64,000 nt of DNA from Octopus sinensis (Eukaryota): the NCBI RefSeq assembly GCF_006345805.1, contig NC_043002.1, forward strand, positions 26,040,001-26,104,000, given 5' to 3'. Positions 27,082 through 40,260 of this stretch are shown piece by piece. Numbering within the stretch: position 1 is the first letter of the stretch; each line of letters starts with the position of its first letter. The notes under the pieces were generated by a model. That model was not told the origin of the DNA. It saw only the letters and a program-made list of their open reading frames with translations, and did no database searches. The position numbers and the translations under genes are program-made.

Positions 27082-28283
27082 CAGGATGAGACAGAGTGGA
27101 CGGACATTTTGAAAACTTCACAAAATCATTAATTTTAGCTGCAAACAAATTTTATTGACATCAATGAGCTCGTATTGAATTAATATTTGTCAAAATCAAG
27201 TGTGGAAAACAGCATTCATCATATGGTGTCCGTTTTCATTGATGCGCTTTTGAATGCGTACTTGGAAGTTGGCCTCCACTCGAATAGCTTCCTTCAAATC
27301 GTCCAATGTACGGGGATTGAGGTTTCCCCACTAAAAATAACCACAATGGACCAATCAGGGGACCGAGGGAGCCAAGGAATGTCTGCAAACCTGGAAATGA
27401 AGCGGTCACCGAAAAGAGGGTGAAGAAATTCCAGTGATACTCTGGCTGTGTGAGCCGTCGCCCCATCCTGCTGAAACCACACATATCGAATAGGCATACG
27501 TTTTCGTCGTAATTCAGGCACAAAGAAGTTGTATATCAATTCGATGTAACACTCGGAGTTCATAGTGACAGCCCTTACTTTATTGTCTTCAAAAAAGTAA
27601 GGGCCAATGACGACAGCTTTTCCAATAGCACACCAGACCGTCACTTTTGGGCTGTCCAGTGGTTTGTCATGCAGTTCTCGCGGATTTTCAGGAGCCAATA
27701 ACAGCAGTTCTGTTGATTCACCATGTCATTCAGATGAGAATGATCTTCATCACCCATTAATAAATCAGTTTGTCATTTACCTAAAAAACTACTTCAATCT
27801 AACGTGCGAAGTTAAGCCGCTGTACATAGTCCCATGGTTTAAACTGTTGCCCAATAACCAATTTGTACGAGTGGAAATGCAGGTCTTCATGCAAAATACG
27901 CCTTACCGATTGATCACCGATGCTATATTCCACATTTCCGGGGTCCGTGCCGTTTCTGGCGCCCCCACTTGTCTCCTATTGATTAGTGTACCTCGTGTAC
28001 GAAGTGCATTCACCCAACGTAAGATTGTGTTATGGGTTAGAACAGTTTCATTTCCTTGAATGTTGAAGTGACACCGAAACTCACGCTGAACTGCTGTGAC
28101 AGAGTCGTTATTCTTCACGTAACTGTCGTAGGCAAACGTGATGCTCTATCGTCCGCAGCGCTATGGCTTCACCTGAAACGGGAAAGAATGCTAAGATACC
28201 AGGGACCTGAATGGTACTTGTCGGATATATGTCCCTTCCTCTGGAGCTATTTTAAAAACATCCGTACTCTCTGCCCCACCCTA
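27082..28283 (-). mobile_element. Near full-length Tc1/mariner element, rosa-like (probable DD41D), pseudogenised
   Basis: Minus-strand fragments NDSVTAVQREFRCHFN..TILRWVN, PKVTVWCAI..VIGPYFFE, WFQQDGATAHTA...WLPRSPD. 36 residues separate QQD from SPD, implying 41 to the (degenerate) third D. Degenerate TIRs TA|CAGGATGAGACAGAG... and ...CTCTGCCCCACCCTA|TA. Confidence 0.88.
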
Positions 28284-28516
28284 TACGTATGTATGTATGT
28301 TTATATGCATGTATGTATGCATGTATATATGTATGTATATATGTGTGTGTGTGTGTGTGTGTATATATGTATGTGTAGAAAATAAGTAACAAGGATATCC
28401 AGGTATCTTTGTCACTTATTTGCCTTCTATTCACCTAACATCGAGCTGTACGGACAATGCCGGACTGACTTGGTGCTTCAACATAAGTACCTAAATCAAC
28501 TGAAACTGAATTATTT

Positions 28517-28575
<59 letters not shown>

Positions 28576-29674
28576 ACGTACATGAATAATAGAAACACAT
28601 ACACACATATATTGTTTATAGAAAAAAATACTACTATTAAAAGATACAGAAATAAATTTTTAAATTCTCAAACGCGTGATAGTGCTAATGAATAGCGTAA
28701 TCATACATTGCAGAAAAATACGTTATAGGCCAGCCACGAGACTAGAATTCATATCCCTGTGTTTACGCGTCAAGTGCTTTACAATTAAGCTAAACTGCCC
28801 AGTAACGAATTCTTCTGCGATTTTAGAACTTATAAATTTAGCTTCATAAAACGCTAACGTTAAATTCAATTTATCTCTACATAATGCTGAGGCTCAATTT
28901 ATCCGGCTGATTCTATTGTTGTTATTTTAAGCTTCATGTTAGCATGATTTCACAGAACTTTATGGAGATGATGGAAATTAAACGCCCAGCGGCATGAAGA
29001 GACGTAATATGAACAAACTAACAGAGTCACTACCATAAAGACAGAAGCATTTAGTGAAATATAAAATTGAAAATACTAAAATACATTAAAGTTGATGCAT
29101 TAAATCTATATAGTTGCAAAACTATCTTTACCGTAAATATAACGAAGAAATACTATACATAGGGGATCCAGTCATGAAACCTCTATTATAGAGTACATTA
29201 CTGTCAAACGATCATCAAACAAAAAAAATATTCAGCAAACGTTTCCCCATATTCTTAGTCAGTGGTGGTTTCAACACTAAGCTGAATTACATAGAGTAAT
29301 CTACCACAGGTAATATCATAAATAAATAAATAAAAACAAACAGAAAGGCTATCAGTTTTAACCTTGTTCGTAGTTTCAATATATTTTACTAATTACAGCA
29401 AAGAACTTCAGGACATTGGTCAATATGCAAATTTTCCAACTCACAATTTTTCTAATTCAACAAAAATTCTGTTGAATCCAGGTACACAAAACAACCCCAA
29501 TGTTATTGAGGTAGATGTATTTTGAATGGAAAACATCTGTCAAAAGAAATACAAGACAGAACAACCGTACAATCAGGGAGAAAAAGTTAAAGTTAGGTAT
29601 ACATGCCACATTCATTTTCTTCCCTTAGGTGCAGAAATGTGTGCAGTATAATATTACTTTCAACATTTATTTGG

Positions 29675-29848
<174 letters not shown>

Positions 29849-30646
29849 GCAAAAATTAATTACGATGAAATATGAAACGGAGTATTGTTGCAAGGATCAA
29901 AATATACAATTGCCTTAGCCATTATTATCATCTATGTACAATTGAAAAACTCAAGATTTTAGCTCACTGTATCTTGAACAGACAGAAACGTTCTTTCAAA
30001 GAAATTTAAACTTCAAAACTGCAAACCTGTTCGATAATCAGCAAATCACGAATTGAAAATTAGCTAAAACCAAAACTAATGTCAGCTGACGAGTTATTTC
30101 GGCTTTCTACAATAAAATAAATTAGATATATCACATACAAATAGTAGCTTATGTGAAATCACTCTCTAGTGTCTGACATACAATATGCTTCCCAAGGAAT
30201 TCCAGTGAACTCACAAGAATAAACTCACACTCACATCAGAGAAAAATAATTTTCTACCAGAATTTGATCATCAAGTTAAAGATAGCGCTCCCTTCAAATA
30301 AATGTATTATATCAGTGGAGAATAACATCATTTTACTATATTCACACATGTTTTGTTAGCTAATGGAATATCGAAGACTCGACGCTGTCATGTATTAAGG
30401 AGTTTTTCAATATAGAATATTATGGTGTCTGCTTGATCGACTAAGCATACACTTAATTTAACGGCAATCGGCGCCGGCCGAGTACATGCATACATGCATA
30501 CATACATACATACATACATACATACATACATACATACATACATACATACATGTATGTATGTATACATATATAAATATATATACATATGTATAGATATATA
30601 TATAAGCATATATATATATATTATATATATATATAATATATATATA

Positions 30647-30681
<35 letters not shown>

Positions 30682-30729
30682 TACATACCTACATATATAT
30701 ATATATGTATAAACATATAGGTATGTATC

Positions 30730-30917
30730 TCGTGTGTACCGTTGGCGATTTTTTTTCCTCTGTCTTCCCTTCTCTGGATCTTTCCTTCTCCTATGTTTCC
30801 GACGAAGAGCTCCGCTCGAAACGTTAAACCCTCCTTCTTTCCTTAGCGTCCAATAATACTATATTTGTTCCACGTCCTCGCATTGTTGTGTTTTTTTGTG
30901 CTTTCTTGTTTGGATTA

Positions 30918-30922
<5 letters not shown>
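30730..30922 (+). mobile_element. PLE-terminus-like unit (second family) with minimal hammerhead-like motif at 30795-30829, abutting (TA)n
   Basis: GTTT CCGACGA A GAGC TCC GCTC GAAA CGTT AAAC: stems I and II pair perfectly; core has U4-to-C. Confidence 0.6.
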
Positions 30923-30974
<52 letters not shown>

Positions 30975-31178
30975 ATAAACAATAATAAATCTCTGGCGAG
31001 ATATAAACAGTAACTGCTCTATAACGTAAGGGGGATCAGCGATCTGAATGTGGCTAGGGACAGGGCGGGGTGGTGGGGTGTTACTGAGGCATTTAGCCCC
31101 AGGCGATCATCGACGTCACCAGAAGGACCGACACCATCACGGTGTCCTTGCTAGCCTGTAAAGGGAGATCAGCCTCCC

Positions 31179-31255
31179 CGAAGATACGGATACTACATAC
31201 GGACCGGTTTCGAGGTAATTGCCTCTTATCAACGCATGGTAAGCACCGTTCTTCG
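31179..31255 (-). ncRNA. Type I hammerhead ribozyme motif (mirror copy of 31472-31548)
   Basis: Reverse complement of the + strand copy; core at 31196-31238. Confidence 0.8.
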
Positions 31256-31471
31256 ATGAGGGACTCTCTCCACAGGCTGCATATATAAGGATTTTCACAG
31301 TAACCACAGTCACTGATGTAGAAAAACCGTTCGAAAACAATAATAAATTATAATAAATAGATTTACAATAATAAATAGATTTATTATTGTTTTCGAACGG
31401 TTTTTCTACATCAGTGACTGTGGTTACTGTGAAAATCCTTATATATGCAGCCTGTGGAGAGAGTCCCTCAT

Positions 31472-31548
31472 CGAAGAACGGTGCTTACCATGCGTTGATA
31501 AGAGGCAATTACCTCGAAACCGGTCCGTATGTAGTATCCGTATCTTCG
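31472..31548 (+). ncRNA. Type I hammerhead ribozyme motif with U3-A8 core covariation and extended helix I
   Basis: CATGCG (stem I) TTGATAA (core) GAGG-CAATTA-CCTC (stem II) GAAA CCGG TC CGTATG (stem I'). Predicted GUC cleavage after 31525. Helix I extends through TGCT/AGTA, ACGG/CCGT and CGAAGA/TCTTCG. Confidence 0.8.
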
Positions 31549-31704
31549 GGGAGGCTGATCTCCCTTTACAGGCTAGCAAGGACACCGTGATGGTGTCGGT
31601 CCTTCTGGTGACGTCGATGATCGCCTGGGGCTAAATGCATCAGTAACACCCCCACCACCCCGCCCTGTCCCTAGCCACATTCAGATGGCTGATCCCCCTT
31701 ACGT

Positions 31705-31760
<56 letters not shown>

Positions 31761-31872
31761 GTGTATGCATGTATGTATGCATATGTGTGTGTATGTGTGT
31801 ACAGAGAACCATCTGATCATGTCCTTCATCTCTTTCTTTGTATCCCTCTCTCTGCCACTCTCTCTCTCTCTT

Positions 31873-31913
<41 letters not shown>

Positions 31914-32232
31914 ACGTATACATACTCGTGTGTCGGTGTTGGAATGAATGTGTGTGTGGGAGAAGTTAATGTATTTATGCTTATTTAAAGTTTCTACTTT
32001 TTTACTTTACATGAAATAACAGGACAGAATATTTAATATCAGGAAAATGTTATTCCAAGTTTTACGTTGCAGGTGCAGCGCCAAGAATTATTCTCATTAA
32101 GAGCTGATTACTTGACAGGAATATTCCAGGGTGCAATATATCTTACTGAAATATACGTTTTTGTTCACTATCTTCTTGATTGCTTATACACACAAACACA
32201 CACACACACACACACACACAGATATATATATA

Positions 32233-32286
<54 letters not shown>

Positions 32287-32333
32287 TATTATATATATAT
32301 ATATGTATATACATATACATATATGTATACATA

Positions 32334-32385
<52 letters not shown>

Positions 32386-32391
32386 CATATA

Positions 32392-35300
32392 TATGGCACA
32401 AAATATTGTACAGCAACTGACCTGGCTTCATCAAACCCAAGCCCGCAGGTGGGACTACCCACTATATACCAGACCACCACCACAGCAAACAGACCCAGGA
32501 TGGACACCACCGGCAACAACGTACACCTCACCTCGATGCTCCTACTGAACATCAGAGGACTGCAAACACTCAGTAACAGGACAAAAATCCCGTTCCTGAG
32601 AGATTTTGTTGCATGCAATCAAGCCTTATGCATAGCACTAACGGAAACGCACCTGAAACCGGATATAGCAGATGCGGAGTTACACATACCACAGTAAGCT
32701 GTACTACGGACCGACAGGAAAGAAAGGAGTCATGGAGGTGTTGCTATGTACATCCGTGAGGACCTAACACCCCAGGTCCTCTTGTCATACTCAAACTCGG
32801 TGTGTGACACACTAATTGTACATATTAGGCAACTTGATTTAGTTGTGTGTGCTACATATCGCCCTCCAGATGCCCCAAGCCATGTGGGCAAGTTTGAAGA
32901 CTGCCTTATAAAAATAGAAGTTCTAACCACATTAGAACAACACATAAGTGTACTTCTTATGGGAGACTTCAATCTGCCAAATGTCAGATGGCCCGAGGGC
33001 CTTTCTCTCCAGGAATGACAAGATCTGAACGAGGACAGGCGAGGTCCCTCCTGAACCTCATCAACACCCTGTACATGGAGCAGGTAATACTCCAACCAAC
33101 CAGGGCAGGTAACACACTGGATCTCTGCTTCACAAATGACATGGATCTCATCCATAATGTGAAAGTGACACCGACACTACTCTCGGATCACAACATGATA
33201 GAGCTGACCATGTACGGGCCAAAAGAGAGCACGGACATGCAGCCTACAAGAAACCCCCAGAATCTTTCCAGCTTGAACTACCATAAGGCAAACTGGAAAC
33301 AAATTGAGAAAGAGATCCTCAAACAAAACTGGCCTAAATGTCTCTCCTCGCCAGACATCGACGTGAAACTTCAACAATTCATGTCTGTAATGCAAGCCAT
33401 ATGCTACAAATATGTCCCAGAGAGAAAGGCCACTGTACACAAGAACAAAATCCCCCGAGAGAGGAAAATTCTAATGAGACGGCGTACAAAATTTTCAAAT
33501 CGCCTAAACAAACAGATGAAGAGTGACACAGTGAAAAGTCCCGCCAAAAATAAATAAAACTGTTGGAAATCGAAAAATGTCTGAAACTCTCCCATGAAAA
33601 GGAAAGAGCAGACAAAGAAGCCTGGGCTATAGACAACAAAAATCTAACCCCAGAGCTTTCTACAGGTATGCCAAAGAAACAGCTACGGTGCACTGTAGAA
33701 TAGGGCCACTCCTCGAAAAGGATGGCACAGTTACAGGAAAACCAATGAGGGTAAGTGAAATACTGAATGAGCAATTCAAGAGTGTTTTCACTCCACCCCT
33801 TGGGCATCTCCAAATCACCAATCCAACTGACTTTTTTACCACTGCAGATATAAAATCAGAGGCGGCGACGATAGATTACATCGATATAAGGAAGACGATG
33901 TAATCAAGGCTATAGATGAAATGAAAACAGACTCAGCTACTGGCCCCGATGGATTCCCGGCAATCCTCCTAAAAGCATGTAGAGAGTCCTAGCAAGACCA
34001 CTGCAGTTCCTCTTTCAGAGCTTCCTTGCAGCTGGCAAACTTCCAAGAAAACTGAAGGAAGGTAAAATATGCCCCATTCATAAAGGAGGTAGCAGAGCGG
34101 AAGTCAAGAACTATAGACCTATCTCTCTGACCTCACACATCAGCAAGGTCATGGAATGAATAGTCAGAAGGAAGCTGATCACCTTCCTTGAAGAAAATGA
34201 CTTGCTGCCCGACACCCAACATGGTTTCCGACCAGGGAGAAGCTGTTTAACTCAGCTCCTACAACACTATGACTGGGTGCTGAAACGGCTGCTCAACCAC
34301 TCAAATGTGGAAGTGATATATCTCGACTTTGCAAAGGCCTTGATAAAGTCGATCATGGAATGATATGTCACAAACTGCGTGATCTCAACATAGTTGGAAA
34401 ACTGGGAGAATGGCTTCATGACTTTCTGAAAGATAGAAGTCAGGTGGTAGTGGCCAATGGGGCCACTTCCATTAACACGCAAATAGTGAGCGGTGTTCCG
34501 CAGGGCACTGTTCTGGGACCACTACTGTTCATAATGGCCCTCTCAGACATGCCCTCAGCCACGCAGAGAGCCACAATCACAAGTTATGCAGATGATACAA
34601 AAGTTTCACAGGCAATACAGAACCCTGAGGACATTAAACACCTGCAATGTGAGCTAGACAAAATATACAAGTGGGCCGAAAAGAATAGCATGCGGTTCAA
34701 TGCTGAAAAGTTTCAAGCTCTATACTATCAGCATGCAAAACTAAATGCAATACCCAATGAATACACTGGACCCGGAGGAATAGCAATCCCAGAGGCACAA
34801 TCAGTGCGTGACCTAGGTATTTACATGAGTGATGACGCGACCTTTCGTGTACATGTTGCTAAATTGGCAATGAAATGTAGACGACTGGCCGGATGGATCC
34901 TCAGAACCTTTAGAACAAGAGAACAAGAAACCATGATGGTCCTCTGGAGGACACTTGTCCTAAGCCACTTTGACTACTGCTCTCAGTTATGGTCACCATC
35001 CAGTGTCAAGTTGATCACAGAGCTCGAGGCGATCCAACGTAGCTACACGAAGAAGATAGCCTCTATGCAGAATGTAAGCTACTGGGAAAGACTCAGGAAA
35101 TTAAAATTATATTCCCTGGAGCGTAGGCGGGAAAGATATGCCATAATATACATCTGGAAGATCCTGGAGGGAAGTGTCCTTAACTTTGGCGTCGAGAGTT
35201 ACGCAAATGCCAGAACTGGGCGCCTAGGACTCCAAACTTGCCATCAAGATGTAGGACAAGATTCTGTGATAGCCTGGGCTTCCGAGGCCCAAAGCTCTTC

Positions 35301-35560
35301 AATATCCTCCCGAAGAACCTGAGAGACCTGCATGGGGTGGATACAGATGTCTTTAAAATGAAGCTGGATCTCTTCCTGTCAGGTGTCCCAGGTGAACCAA
35401 CTTCACGGCAGGAGGGGCAGATGAGGGCAGCTGCATCGAACTCTCTCATGTACCAAATAGCAGTTGCTAGAAAGCCTTCATGAAGTGAAACCAAGTAGCA
35501 ACACCAAATGGCGGTGCCCCAGCATGGCCACAGCTCATGGGCTGAAACTGGAAAAATCAA
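32392..35560 (+). mobile_element. CR1-group LINE: disrupted ORF2 (APE endonuclease + reverse transcriptase) with 3' UTR
   Basis: APE motifs LLNIRGL, IALTETHL, GGVAMYIR, YRPP, LMGDFN, LDLCFTN, SDHNMI. RT motifs NYRPISLTSH, QHGFRPGRSCLTQLL, SGVPQGTVLGPLLF, SYADDTK, VRDLGIY, YWERLRKLKLYSLERRRERY. Several stops and frameshifts. Confidence 0.95.
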
Positions 35561-35829
35561 AATCAAATATATATATATGTATATACACATATACATATAT
35601 GTATATATATATACACATATACATGTATGTGTATATATATACATACTAATACAATTGTTCGTTTGTTTTCCACCTGTCTTCGTCTTTTGTTTATTTTCAT
35701 AAAGCTTCCCGTTATACACATATACATATATGTGTATATATACACATATACATATATGTATATATATATACATATATGTATATATATATATATACATATA
35801 CATATATGCATATATATATACATATACAT

Positions 35830-35874
<45 letters not shown>

Positions 35875-36070
35875 GTATATATAATATATATATGTATATA
35901 TATATATATATATAATATATGTATATATATATATAATATATATGTATATATACATATATATTATATATATGTATGCGTACGTATGCGTGCGCACAGTGTA
36001 TGTTCATGTTTATAAGTTATTGTATCTGCAAATTATATTTGTACACATATATGTGCATATATATATATAG

Positions 36071-36120
<50 letters not shown>

Positions 36121-36175
36121 ATGTATGCATATACATATATATATGCATATATATATATATATGTGTATGTGCTCT
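35560..36175. repeat. (TA)n/(TACA)n microsatellite containing a fragment of the PLE-terminus-like unit at ~35650-35712
   Basis: Direct reading; CACCTGTCTTCGTCTTTTGT fragment is present. Confidence 0.85.
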
Positions 36176-37250
36176 TACATAAGCAGGTTCAAGGACCTAG
36201 CAAACGCCATACGTAGCTCGAATTCCCATAAACTACTTAAACGCAACATATTTTTGTCTAACCCTACTTTAGTTTACATATCAAGACAAATCTTGCCAGT
36301 AATTTCTTCAATTAAATACAAAACTACATCTAACCGAGCACAAATCCTTAAAGTAGGTAGCAAAACAACATCAATCTAAGTTATAGCAAGACACCTAACT
36401 CCGTGTCGCATTTATCAACGTCGAAATCTTATTATCCATCAATTCTAACCCTCTCCTTATCTGGGCTGCAAAAGGCAAGACAACCTTCGACAGTAAATGC
36501 CTCGATAAATAAATATTGTACGGCGAAGATCACTCCATGAGACACAGTACATCCAGATCATACCTTATTAGAGAACATCTTCAAATCTAGATTCTACAAT
36601 GCATTAAATCTTTCGAAAAACAACAAAATTTCATTAAACACCAGTTTATCTAAGTAATATGGCCGTTTAAATTCCAACAGACACGAATTATAACACCAAA
36701 TTCAGATTCTCAGTAAGTACGAATGCATAGTGAGAATGATTTTGAAATCCATGTATTGAGAAGATGTTGGCATCAATGTACCTTTCCAGTACACATCAAG
36801 TTAAATTCTGAATTGATCTACTTTTGTATGTACATGTCCAAGAACTTGTTTTCAAACTCTGACAAAGATTTCTTTTACGTTGCAACTAAATTCAACAGAT
36901 TCTGTTGTCAATCTTAACATACGCGCTCCAACATATACTGATTAATCTATATATCACAATCCACCTACAACATTGAGGTATTATAGTAGTCTGATTATAT
37001 CATTTTAATACCAATAGTCCGTGTCCTATATTCTGGAAATTATATGCTGTACCATTCATTTTAATATCCACAGACATTACGCAGAACATTGATTATAAAT
37101 GTGATTATCCTCCATGCTTATGTCTCTGTATATCTGGATCTCAATGTTCTCATAATTCAACATCTTCTCGTGCATATCAACTATACCACAATAATTATGT
37201 ACTTAGTTTATTCAATCAACAATTTTCAAATATTTTGCTGATTATTCTTT

Positions 37251-37560
37251 TGTGGAGATGCAATGGCCCAGTGGTTTGGGCAGCGGACTCGCGGTCGGAG
37301 GATCGCGGTTTCGATTCACAGACCGGGCGTTGTGTGTGTTTATAGAGCGAAAACGACTAAAAGCTCCAGGAGGCTCCGACAGGGGGTGGTGGCGACCCCT
37401 GTTGTACTCTTTCGCCACAACTTTCTCTCACTCCCTCTTCCTGTTTCTTAAGTAACGCTGCGATGGCCTGGCGTCCCGTCCAGCTGGGAGGAACACATAC
37501 GCCACAGAAACCAGGAAATCGGGCCCATGAGCTTGGCTAGGCTTGAAAAGGGCGAAAAAA
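37251..37560 (+). mobile_element. tRNA-derived SINE with different head/body but the same 3' tail as 1471-1717
   Basis: A box TGGCCCAGTGG, B box GTTTCGATTC. Tail GTAACGCTGCGATGG..GTCCCGTCCAGCTGGG..GAACACATACGCCAC..TGGCTAGGCTT.AAAAGGGCG matches the reverse complement of 1489-1580. Confidence 0.88.
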
Positions 37561-39082
37561 GAAGATTATCCTTTCCGTTAATTTTCATATAGATGGGTGG
37601 GGAAGCACAATGAGGAGTTTTTACAGCATTATTGACTTTGCGTAACCTTACAAAGACTATATCAGATAAGCAAATGACCTTCTCTAAATGCATTTAAACA
37701 TAACATAATATGAACATCATTTCAAAAAAATATCTTCGTTCTCTTTGAGAATAAAAAAAAATCGGCTAGGGCAAAATGAGTAAGCCAAAATAAGATAAAT
37801 TTGCCTGTTCTATTCTACAGAACTACATTTCAATACAGACTTGTACACATCAACATCCATCTGTAGACATTAGAATGATCAGAAATGCCACAAAAATAAA
37901 AAAATATTTCGGTCAAATGAAAGAGGATCAAGGAAAAAATGGCACATGATATGAATTTAACGAAACTCGACTGAAAAAAAAAACAAAAACAAAAAAAATC
38001 ATCATCTGCTGGAGTGGCTCTCATCTCAATATATTTGCGAACCATGAAGTAAAAGAGAAGAAATTATTGAAATTAATCATAACTCATTTTCCCCCCATCT
38101 CAGAATTTATGTTTTGAAAATTGGAAATTATCAAATTAGACATTAGTGTGCGAAAAAATGATTTGGAATCCAACAGAGAAAAGAATATTGATTATTAAAC
38201 GCGAAAAATTATCCAGATATTTTATTAGCAACCTCAATTAAAATCGGATCAACGTTGAAATATTTCTTGAAAAAAAAAAAGTACCTGATTATGTTTCAAG
38301 GTTTCTCAACTTCAGCAACAAGTATGCTGAACGACTTTTACTCCTAAAGATGATGCAATAATTGCAATGTAATGATTTCAAACAGGTAAGGAGAAAATAA
38401 CGAATCAGAAATTACTCATTTTACTCCGGTTTCTGATGTTGCCTCAAACTCAATTATTCTTACACTTTTACATAATATTGCTTTATTTATATATTATTTA
38501 GTATTGTATTTTTATTCAACTCCATTATAAGTTTCACTTGTATTTTATATTTCCCTAGAATAAACTTTACGTTTACGAATTAGTTTTGCGAGGTTCCTGA
38601 TGGGAAATCGGGTGCTGAAGCGTATATTGTTATACTCCGGCTTGGTAATTTTTTTCTTGCCAAATATATACACGCACTATATATTTGTCCTTCACTCGAT
38701 TATTATTGTTCTTATTTTATCATAAGTCTATTGTTTGAAATCTAAGTGATTAAAGACTTCATTCACGTCACACGGCAAGTAATTAGGAGGGCTTACACCG
38801 AGGCATGCGTCACTCTGGTCCATCTTTGCATGAACAATAATTGATGCCACATGAGACAGTCCCCATGCCTAAGTGTTAAAAGGCCTTATGCTTCAAGAGT
38901 AAATTAAAGAGAGGTAAAATAAAACACTCCTACATATATTACCCAAGGAAAATGAATGAATATCTCAGGTGGGAGGGGATGTTTATCGACGCCTGTATAT
39001 TGGTATCGTGAGAGAAGAGGCAGAGAGCGGCAATGAACATAGTTACAAAGCAAACTACTTATCAACACACCTGTACTTTCGC

Positions 39083-39129
<47 letters not shown>

Positions 39130-39255
39130 CTATGAATTATATATATATATATATACATATATACATATACACTATATAGATGTGTATGTATATGTATTTC
39201 TACCTACCTACCTCCATACGTACCTACATCACTACCTATCTACCTACCTACATAC

Positions 39256-39306
<51 letters not shown>

Positions 39307-39728
39307 ATCTGTGAAATCATCCCAGAATTATTTCCAGTTCAAATAAAAGAACATTAAAAGAATACAAGTGAATGCATAATTCATAGTAGATATTATACCA
39401 TGATGTAAGTTGCAGGTGCAATGCCGAACAGAATTATCATTAAATACTGATTACAACCATAAGAAGCTACAAAAAAAAACAAAACAAAACAAAATAAGAA
39501 CAGGTATATATTGAATACAGTATAGCAGTATACGTTATCAATTTATGTTTGTCTGAAATATCTTATTGATTACAAATTTAACAACTATGAAACATATTTT
39601 CTTGTATAATTCATTTGTGCATGCGTAAGTACACTATATATATGAGTGTGTGTGTGCGTGTACGTATGTATAAACATGCACATATATATACATATGTATA
39701 TGCATGTATATATATATATATATATATA

Positions 39729-39798
<70 letters not shown>

Positions 39799-40102
39799 CA
39801 TGTGTGTTTGTATACACACACATACGTATATAATATTATAATTGATAACAAGACAATGGCTAATCTCTATTAAAGATATTTCAAGCTTTATATTTTGGTA
39901 ATTAGTTTAAACAATAACGCTCCTACTGAATCCAATGAAGTCAATCTTGGTCTTATTTCCTGAAATGTTTAAAGTGTTAACAATATTATTATACTAAATT
40001 AAACATTACAGAGACAATTAAACTTTACAGAAATATATGATGAAAGCATTTTGATACACGAGGTTAAACGCAAACAAACCTGATTTTTAAATATACCACT
40101 TG

Positions 40103-40142
<40 letters not shown>

Positions 40143-40260
40143 TATATATATACAAATATCATCAACCAGTAAAATGAATACTCGCAAATTACCGTGCTTC
40201 TCAAAGTGATCTTTCCTCAACTCAAGTCATACAGTTCTATATTTAAGAGATGAGGAATTA

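Larger units (their letters stand above)
31020..31708. repeat. Near-perfect palindrome: arms 31020-31348 and 31379-31708, 30-bp spacer
   Basis: Arms are reverse complements with 2 substitutions and one 1-bp indel by eye. Identical 67-aa ORFs on opposite strands in the ORF track. Confidence 0.97.

Noticed and set aside
31314-31340. CTGATGT...CGAAAAC as another hammerhead
   Set aside because: Core has A9-to-T and no convincing stem II, stem III or cleavage triplet.
31137-31590. Two identical 67-aa ORFs on opposite strands as a duplicated gene
   Set aside because: They are a by-product of the palindrome; TTG start, no homology recognised, and the region is better explained by RNA structure.
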